51,732 nt of DNA from Prevotella sp. (lineage in GTDB: Bacteria; Bacteroidota; Bacteroidia; Bacteroidales; Bacteroidaceae). The stretch lies in NCBI GenBank assembly GCA_022735715.1, contig JAIJMN010000001.1:1-51732 (forward strand), in the 5' to 3' direction. The position numbers were made by a program, and so were the translations under genes. Shown piece by piece: positions 45,646 through 51,732 of this stretch; position 1 is the stretch's first letter; every line of letters begins with the position of its first letter. The notes under the pieces were generated by a model, which saw nothing but the letters and a program-made list of their open reading frames with translations, did no database searches and was not told the origin of the DNA.

Positions 45646-46173
45646 TTACTGCTCTTTCGCTGTCTCCGCTGTTTCCTCCGCTTCTTCCTTGTCCTTCATC
45701 AGCTCTTTCAGTTTCACATTGAAATGTCGCTCGGTTTTGTCTGCCACAATCTTTTGCAGCACTCTTGCCCAAGCCGCTCCGTTGCATGTGCTCTCGTTTT
45801 CGAGTATGCTTACGAACTGCACCAGACAGTACATGGCAGTGAGCTGGTTAGCAAGGTGAGTGTTCATGTAGCCGAGAATGTTGCGGTCGAGATATGAAGC
45901 AAGACAGATGCACATGATTAAGACCGAGAATGTCCACACCATCTTTGCCATCTTCTTGGAGCGCAGCTTACCGTCCATCTTACACTTCGGGTTACGCTTT
46001 ATCTCCTCGCGGTATTTTTGGTAGATACGTCGGTTGCATCGCCACGCCGTATAGCAGTCGATGATGAGGGCGAAGAAGCACACAGTGATAAAATTGATTG
46101 AGGGTTCAATGTGAACCCACAGCAAGCCGAGCACTGCGGCAATGGCTCGCGAGACATAGAATGGATTGTTCAT
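45646..46173 (-). CDS. Phage holin
   Basis: TM helices, IIDCYTA, SKKM, VSILEN motifs of the holin_4-like family. Confidence 0.8.
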   Translation of the reverse strand: MNNPFYVSRAIAAVLGLLWVHIEPSINFITVCFFALIIDCYTAWRCNRRIYQKYREEIKRNPKCKMDGKLRSKKMAKMVWTFSVLIMCICLASYLDRNILGYMNTHLANQLTAMYCLVQFVSILENESTCNGAAWARVLQKIVADKTERHFNVKLKELMKDKEEAEETAETAKEQ

Positions 46174-46215
46174 GTTTTGTGTTGTGTTTTGTGTTGTTGT
46201 CCTGAATTTTATAAA

Positions 46216-46312
46216 ACAAAGTTACTGATAAACTGCTACACACAGCGGACATGGTGGGGTACGGGGATATTGAAGATGTCCGCACGGGGGACGGGGAATA
46301 TTGTAACTTTGG
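46216..46312. promoter_or_regulatory. Back-to-back divergent phage promoters
   Basis: Minus copy 46216-46252 (ATGTCCGC-N20-TAACTTTG) and plus copy 46276-46312 (ATGTCCGC-N20-TAACTTTG). Confidence 0.85.
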
Positions 46313-46331
46313 CTACATAAAACACAAAACT

Positions 46332-47138
46332 ATGTCAGGAATCACGCAAAATACATTAGCTCGCATCGACAAGTGGCTCTCTTACGGCACGAGTATGCAG
46401 ACGGCGTTCCCGAAGCTGGAGCAACGCTACCGTATGCAGATATGCTCAGAGTTCTACAAGCGATGGGTGCAAAACAAAGACATCGACCCTCGGACGGTGT
46501 GCCGCAATGTTGCCCGACGCGACTATGAGATGTTCTTCAACCAGGCAGCGCAGGGCAATAAGGAGGCGCAAGATTATGTGCTTGCGCTGAAGATTACGCT
46601 CGATGACGATGGCAACATCTGTCCGCGCACGGTCACAGAGCTCAACAACGATGTACTGGTGTGCAACCATCTGATACGGTTCTTCCAGACCGACGAGAGT
46701 CCACGCCACAAGGCTATGTATCTGAGCAGTGCCGAGTGGTTGATACGCACGGGTAAGCAGCAGAACAACGATCGTGCAGTGGATAAGGGTATGCAAGCCT
46801 TAGCTAATGTGTATGGCAACTTCCAGGAGGAGAAGGATGCTACGGACGAGATGCCGGACATGAGTCGCATTGCCATCACGCAGGACGTGAGCATTGTAAA
46901 GCGCGACCGTGTGAACTACACCGAGGAGGAGAAGCTACGCATGGCCCGCAAATATGGTCTTACTACCAAGGACCTCCAGGAGATAGAGGACGACGAACTG
47001 CTGAGTGGGGAGAAGCCGGAAGAGCCGGACTACTTCGAGTATATGGAAAAGAAGGATTCGGAGGATGTGATTAGACACGGGTACATGAAAGAAAGCAAAT
47101 TGACAAATAATTCAGGACCAACGGATGATGCGGAATGA
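46332..47138 (+). CDS. Putative terminase small subunit
   Basis: 268 aa, helical, first gene of the terminase operon; context only. Confidence 0.45.
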   Translation: MSGITQNTLARIDKWLSYGTSMQTAFPKLEQRYRMQICSEFYKRWVQNKDIDPRTVCRNVARRDYEMFFNQAAQGNKEAQDYVLALKITLDDDGNICPRTVTELNNDVLVCNHLIRFFQTDESPRHKAMYLSSAEWLIRTGKQQNNDRAVDKGMQALANVYGNFQEEKDATDEMPDMSRIAITQDVSIVKRDRVNYTEEEKLRMARKYGLTTKDLQEIEDDELLSGEKPEEPDYFEYMEKKDSEDVIRHGYMKESKLTNNSGPTDDAE

Positions 47139-47293
47139 ACGGAAACAAAATAGAAGTATATATTGCCTGTAGGTGATAGGCATCACTTGATGAAGATAAT
47201 AGGTATTGTTGACATACAACAATTGGTATTGGACAAAATGGCTTTTCTGAAAAAAATATAGTGCATAAAAACTATAAAAATACTATAAAAAAT

Positions 47294-48145
47294 ATGTTAA
47301 ACGAACAACTACAGAAAAAGGTAAAACAGTCGATAAAACTCCTGCAGAGTGTGCAGAAACGACACGACGGCGAGATAGAGATAGCCTATTCGGGCGGTAA
47401 GGACTCCGACGTGATCCTTCAGCTGGCGAAAGAGGCAGGCATCAAGTATCGGGCCATATACAAGAATACGACCATCGACCCGCCAGGCACGTTGGGGCAC
47501 GTCAGGGAAATGGGCGTGGAGACACTGCGGGCCAAGACTTCCTTCTTTCATCTCGTGGCGCAGAAAGGATTTCCATCTCGCTTTAGTCGTTTCTGTTGTG
47601 AAAAACTGAAGGAATATAAGGTGCTCGACAAAAGTGTTCTCGGCGTGCGCAAGGCTGAGAGCAGAAAAAGAAACGAAAGATACGACGATCCGACAGCGTG
47701 CCGATACTACGGAGCGAAAAAAGAGGAAAATCACGTAGAACATATCTATCCTATTCTGGAATGGACCGATGAGGACGTGCGCGACTTCATCATAAACAGA
47801 AAGTTGAAACTCGCACCCATTTATTACAATTCGGGGGGGCAAATCGACGTGTCGAAACGTCTTGGCTGTATGTGCTGCCCTCTCGCCTCAAGGCGCAAGC
47901 GCATTATCGAGTTTCAGAAATATCCCAAGATAGCAAAGGCTTATCTCCGTGCGGGGCAACGATTTATGGAAACGCATCCTGACAGCAAGGCGTGCCAGAG
48001 ATACGACAACGTTTACGAATGGTTCACTCGCGACGTATTTTACAGCTCCGATGCAGATTGGAACAAGGTAAGCACAGGACTGTTCGGTAAACCGGACTTC
48101 AAGAAATTCTTGGAGGACAAGTTCGGTATTGACTTGACATTATAA
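47294..48145 (+). CDS. PAPS-reductase-family (PP-loop, Fe-S) protein
   Basis: AYSGGKDS, RFCCEKLKE, GVRKAES..R, RLGCMCCP. Confidence 0.9.
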   Translation: MLNEQLQKKVKQSIKLLQSVQKRHDGEIEIAYSGGKDSDVILQLAKEAGIKYRAIYKNTTIDPPGTLGHVREMGVETLRAKTSFFHLVAQKGFPSRFSRFCCEKLKEYKVLDKSVLGVRKAESRKRNERYDDPTACRYYGAKKEENHVEHIYPILEWTDEDVRDFIINRKLKLAPIYYNSGGQIDVSKRLGCMCCPLASRRKRIIEFQKYPKIAKAYLRAGQRFMETHPDSKACQRYDNVYEWFTRDVFYSSDADWNKVSTGLFGKPDFKKFLEDKFGIDLTL

Positions 48146-48156
48146 ACAACACAACT

Positions 48157-48438
48157 ATGATAACAATAAAAATCAAGACATGGAAGGACTGGAAGAAGGA
48201 CTTCATCGAGTGGGTAAAGGAGCCACGGCGCAAGACGTGCAAGGAGTATGTGGACTACATGGAGGTTTTGCAAAAACGGAATCTCTACAAAATAATAGAT
48301 GACACTTGTGATAAATACAACAATATGCGTGAGGATCAAATCCAAGACATCACCGAAGCAGTTGAAAAATGCGTGGCTGCTTGTGCTAAAGAAACACGCA
48401 AGTTAATCGATGATTGCCAGCCCGTAAAATTCTTCTAA
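48157..48438 (+). CDS. Hypothetical protein
   Basis: 93-aa ORF in operon. Confidence 0.65.
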   Translation: MITIKIKTWKDWKKDFIEWVKEPRRKTCKEYVDYMEVLQKRNLYKIIDDTCDKYNNMREDQIQDITEAVEKCVAACAKETRKLIDDCQPVKFF

Positions 48439-48479
48439 GGCTGTAACTTTCATTATAAGCAACAAATACTCTACGCAAC

Positions 48480-49088
48480 ATGAATAACAACATAAAAAGA
48501 AAGGACTGGGTAGGCGGCTCGGCCGCTGTCTTCAAGACATTGGGCGCAAGCAACCATACGGACGCAAATAGACAGCGTGAGGATTATTACGCCACAGAAC
48601 CGAGGGCGACGGAATGGCTGTGCAAGCTGGAGCGGTTCGAGGGCAGGATCTTGGAACCTTCATGTGGCGAGGGTCACATGAGTAGGGTGTTGGAGGCAGC
48701 AGGGTATGAGGTGGTGAGCCGCGACCTTGTGGATAGAGGTTATGGCGAGGTAGCCGACTTCCTCTCTATTGATAACTTGGCGTGGGATGGAAACATTGTC
48801 ACCAATCCGCCCTACAAATTCGCGCAGCAGTTTGTGGAGAAGGCTCTGAGCATCATCCCCGAAGGAAAGAAGGTGGCGATGTTCCTGAAGCTGACTTTCC
48901 TCGAAGGCAAGGCCCGACGCGCTCTCTTCCGTTCTACCCCCCCCATTCGTGTTTGGGTGAGCTCATCACGACTAAAATGCGCTATGAACGGCGATTTCGA
49001 TGCTTACGGCAGCAGCGCAGCGGCTTACGCATGGTTCGTGTGGGAGAAAGGATATAAAGGCGAGACAACTGTAAAATGGTTTAACTGA
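48480..49088 (+). CDS. Small N6-adenine DNA methyltransferase
   Basis: DYYAT, LEPSCGEG (motif I), IVTNPPY (motif IV), YAWFVW. Confidence 0.85.
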   Translation: MNNNIKRKDWVGGSAAVFKTLGASNHTDANRQREDYYATEPRATEWLCKLERFEGRILEPSCGEGHMSRVLEAAGYEVVSRDLVDRGYGEVADFLSIDNLAWDGNIVTNPPYKFAQQFVEKALSIIPEGKKVAMFLKLTFLEGKARRALFRSTPPIRVWVSSSRLKCAMNGDFDAYGSSAAAYAWFVWEKGYKGETTVKWFN

Positions 49089-49127
49089 ACAGGGAATAGA
49101 ACAAAAGAAAACACAAAACAACACAAA

Positions 49128-49195
49128 AACTCAAAATTGGATAATTCAAAATCGGCTTGCCGACCAACTCAAAAATCAAAACTCAAAACTCAAAA
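49128..49195 (+). repeat. AACTCAA-heptamer element with hairpin TCGGC-TT-GCCGA
   Basis: Aligns with the reverse complement of 8511-8573. Confidence 0.8.
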
Positions 49196-49408
49196 ATGAA
49201 AAAGTACTTCAACAAAATTCCGCCGTTCAAGCCGGACCCTGAGCATTACACTCGCAAACAGCACTCTTGGAAAGCGAAAGAGGCTTACGAGACCGAGGAT
49301 GATGCCTGGGAGTTCTTGCAAGAGAATCCGAAGCTCAAAGCACAGGGATATACGGTGTATCGGTGCAAGACCTGCAGCAAATGGCACGTGGGCCGAATTA
49401 GGAATTAG
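49196..49408 (+). CDS. Small protein with CxxC..H (Zn-binding?)
   Basis: 70 aa, YRCKTCSKWHVG. Confidence 0.75.
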   Translation: MKKYFNKIPPFKPDPEHYTRKQHSWKAKEAYETEDDAWEFLQENPKLKAQGYTVYRCKTCSKWHVGRIRN

Positions 49409-49413
49409 GAATG

Positions 49414-49556
49414 TTGAGTTTTGAATTGTCGCCGTTGGCGATTTTGAATTGTTCAATTAGGAATTGCAAGGTTCAGGATAACAACTCAAAAATCAAAAAT
49501 AAACAACTCAAAATGCGCAAAGCGCATAATTCAAAACTCAAAACTCAAAACTCAAC
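49414..49556. repeat. Two oppositely oriented heptamer/hairpin elements
   Basis: 49414-49466 (minus orientation, tcgccgttggcga) and 49482-49556 (plus orientation, tgcgcaaagcgca). Confidence 0.8.
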
Positions 49557-49557
49557 T

Positions 49558-51549
49558 ATGCAGCAAGCACATAATATATACTTAACTAAATTCCAGCAGC
49601 AGTCTCTATACATGGGAGCCAAGGATGAGCGAGTGATTGCTGCCCGCCGTGTGGGTAAGACCGACGGACTTGTGGCTCCTTACGTCTGGACGGCAAGCAA
49701 CTCCATGCCTGGTATGCTCGGCGCATGGGTGGCAGTGTCGCGCCAGCAGGGCTTCGGCAAAACCATTCCGAGTACGATGGCGGCGATGGAGCGTATGTTC
49801 GGATTTACGCAGGGCATTCACTTCGGTTGGGGACGACCGCCGAAGCACGCTCGCGAGAGTATCTTCAAGCCTAAGAACTACGATAATTACATCTGGTTTG
49901 CCAATGGTGCCGGATGGGTTCTTATATCGCTCTCGCAGACTGCCAGTGCCAACAGTTACACCTTCAGTGCTCTTGTGGGCGACGAGGCGAGGTTCTTTCC
50001 GCTAAAGAAGGTGACTGACGAGTTGATGCCGGCTCTTTCGGGACAGACGCATCCGTTGGGCGACATCAACTTCTCCGACTACAACCCGATGTATAAAAGT
50101 ACACGCTTTCTCTCAGACGCTGCGCTCACAGCCAAAGGGTCGTGGCTCGAAAAAGAGGAGGAGAAGTTAGACTTAACCGTTGAGACAGGTCCGTTCAAGG
50201 GCAAGACCTACAGATGGGTACAGAAGCAGTTAGAGGATTACGCCAACAAGGTGATACGCTACAACGACCTGCTGTATAACGCCAAGAAGACCAATCACTC
50301 GGTTCATGTAGTGCCGAAGGAGCTGCGCACGATGATCCGTGCCGTGGCTCTGAAGATGATGAAGCATGAGGGGCAGTTCAAGATAATGCCCAACCATGGC
50401 CAACACGTCACAAAAGGCATGGTAGAGATGGCTGTCAACTACAAGCTCATTCCGCAGGAGGATGCCGAACTGATTTACGATTACGAATACCTTATCACGC
50501 CGGAAGAGGATTTCGAGATGCAGATGTTCCTGCGCTCAAAGAAGTTCACGGACGGTTATCTGCGAGAGCTGCGCCGAGTGGCTTTCTGTGTGCGACGTGC
50601 TTCATCCCTCGACAATGTGGACGTTTTGGGTGAGGATTACATAAGGCAGATGCGCCGCGATCTTCCACCCATGACCTTCGCAATTTCAATCCTCAACATC
50701 AAAGTAAAGATTACAAACGATGGCTTTTACTCTAATCTCGACATCGACCATGTTCACGGGTATATTCCAGATGAGGATATTTTAAATCAAGCAATTTTTA
50801 GCACAAAAAAAGTAACGGGTATCATCGGCGGCAAGCGCGTCACAAGCGAGAGTTATCAACCAGACTTCAAGGAATTGAGCGAGCGCAACGACTCACGCAT
50901 GGACTCCGACTGCATCAACTCCCTACCTCTATATATAGCCCTCGACTACAATGCCAACATCAATACCTTGGTGGTGGGTCAGATGTACGAGCGTGACGGC
51001 ATGGAATGTCTGAACGTCATCAAGAGTTTCTATGTGAAGAACGAGCGCAAACTGCGTGAGTTGATAGCCGACTTTTCTGATTATTACGCACCGAAGCGAG
51101 CCATCAACCGCGACGTGACATACTTTTATGATGCCACAGCCAAGCAGGGCGCATCCTACGCTTCGTCGGACGAGCGATTCTATATGACCGTGATTGCAGA
51201 ATTAGAGAAGCGAGGTTGGAACGTGACGGCCATCGACATGGGCGCACCGGAGAAGCACGAGGTGAAGCACAAGATTATCAACGACGGCTTGGCTCACCTC
51301 TCCTACCCTGCCATCCGCATTAACCAGGTGAACAATCCCGACCTTATCATAGCCATGCAGCTATGTGATGTACAGATTTCTTACAAGGGATTCCATAAAG
51401 ACAAGAGCCAGGAGAAGAAGCCGGAGAGCGAGGACACGCTGCCCCTGCAGCAACGTACCGACTTCACGGATGCCTTCGATACGCTGTACTTAGGTTGCAA
51501 GTTCTTCCGTGGCGGTGGCGGTTGGTTTGTGCTTCCGAGTGGAAGATAA
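49558..51549 (+). CDS. Terminase large subunit
   Basis: Walker A AARRVGKT, Walker B LVGDE, RNase-H-like ALDYN...YD...TDAFD; start at ATG 49558. Confidence 0.85.
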   Translation: MQQAHNIYLTKFQQQSLYMGAKDERVIAARRVGKTDGLVAPYVWTASNSMPGMLGAWVAVSRQQGFGKTIPSTMAAMERMFGFTQGIHFGWGRPPKHARESIFKPKNYDNYIWFANGAGWVLISLSQTASANSYTFSALVGDEARFFPLKKVTDELMPALSGQTHPLGDINFSDYNPMYKSTRFLSDAALTAKGSWLEKEEEKLDLTVETGPFKGKTYRWVQKQLEDYANKVIRYNDLLYNAKKTNHSVHVVPKELRTMIRAVALKMMKHEGQFKIMPNHGQHVTKGMVEMAVNYKLIPQEDAELIYDYEYLITPEEDFEMQMFLRSKKFTDGYLRELRRVAFCVRRASSLDNVDVLGEDYIRQMRRDLPPMTFAISILNIKVKITNDGFYSNLDIDHVHGYIPDEDILNQAIFSTKKVTGIIGGKRVTSESYQPDFKELSERNDSRMDSDCINSLPLYIALDYNANINTLVVGQMYERDGMECLNVIKSFYVKNERKLRELIADFSDYYAPKRAINRDVTYFYDATAKQGASYASSDERFYMTVIAELEKRGWNVTAIDMGAPEKHEVKHKIINDGLAHLSYPAIRINQVNNPDLIIAMQLCDVQISYKGFHKDKSQEKKPESEDTLPLQQRTDFTDAFDTLYLGCKFFRGGGGWFVLPSGR

Positions 51550-51554
51550 TGGGA

Positions 51555-51610
51555 GTTTTTGAGTTTTGAATTGTGCGCTATGCGCATTTTGAATTGTTCA
51601 ATTTTGAATT
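51555..51610 (-). repeat. Heptamer/hairpin element (inverted copy of 49491-49550)
   Basis: ttgagttttgaattgtgcgctatgcgcattttgaattgttcaattttgaatt. Confidence 0.8.
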
Positions 51611-51664
51611 TTTAGGTTTGTATAAGAAAGGCGAAGAGGGCGTGTCAAAACTCCCAATATAAAT

Positions 51665-51710
51665 AAAAAAACTCGTTGTACGATCTTGTGTGGATGTACA
51701 ACGAGTTTTT
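51665..51710 (+). terminator. Bidirectional-type terminator
   Basis: aaaaactcgttgtac ... gtacaacgagttttt. Confidence 0.85.
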
Positions 51711-51732
51711 GTTTTTCTACAAAAAAGAGCCT

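Noticed and set aside
49411..49557. N-terminal extension of terminase (also 49157-49195 and 46251-46331 extensions)
   Set aside because: Translations of heptamer repeats or promoter DNA (NSKLKTQNS); the real starts are downstream.
1..51732. Diversity-generating retroelement, integrase, group I/II intron or IS
   Set aside because: No reverse transcriptase, recombinase, transposase or homing-nuclease motifs recognised, and no TR/VR pair seen; they could lie outside the window.

Overview
About 52 kb of a tailed dsDNA phage or prophage, truncated at the left end inside a tail gene. A Bacteroidota (Prevotella-like) host is inferred from TAnnTTTG -7 promoter boxes, A-rich non-SD leaders and a BT4734-type primase. 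Genes at 1-46173 are on the minus strand and those at 46332-51549 on the plus strand. Virion genes (terminase, portal, S49 protease/scaffold, capsid, tail tube, tape measure, tail tip, holin) are scattered among accessory blocks, and several transcription units share a phage-specific promoter, TGTCC(GC)-N20-TAnnTT(T/C)G. The main finding is at 14029-19169: a circularly permuted C5-cytosine methyltransferase (motif order IX-X-I-VIII) with no recognisable target-recognition domain (TRD), embedded in about 13 tiny translationally coupled genes that each resemble a free-standing TRD of multispecific phage MTases. Several carry poly-G tracts (one currently out of frame) and share repeated IEYD/ATG junctions. 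This suggests a split, modular, possibly phase-variable methylation system. Other findings: a ~305-nt structured RNA with a circularly permuted tRNA-like (YrlA-like) domain, a -1 frameshift signal extending the tail tube protein, a LysR-linked Cys-rich module, an initiator-like tRNA-Met, and two families of intergenic repeats. All family assignments come from manual motif recognition; no database searches were run.
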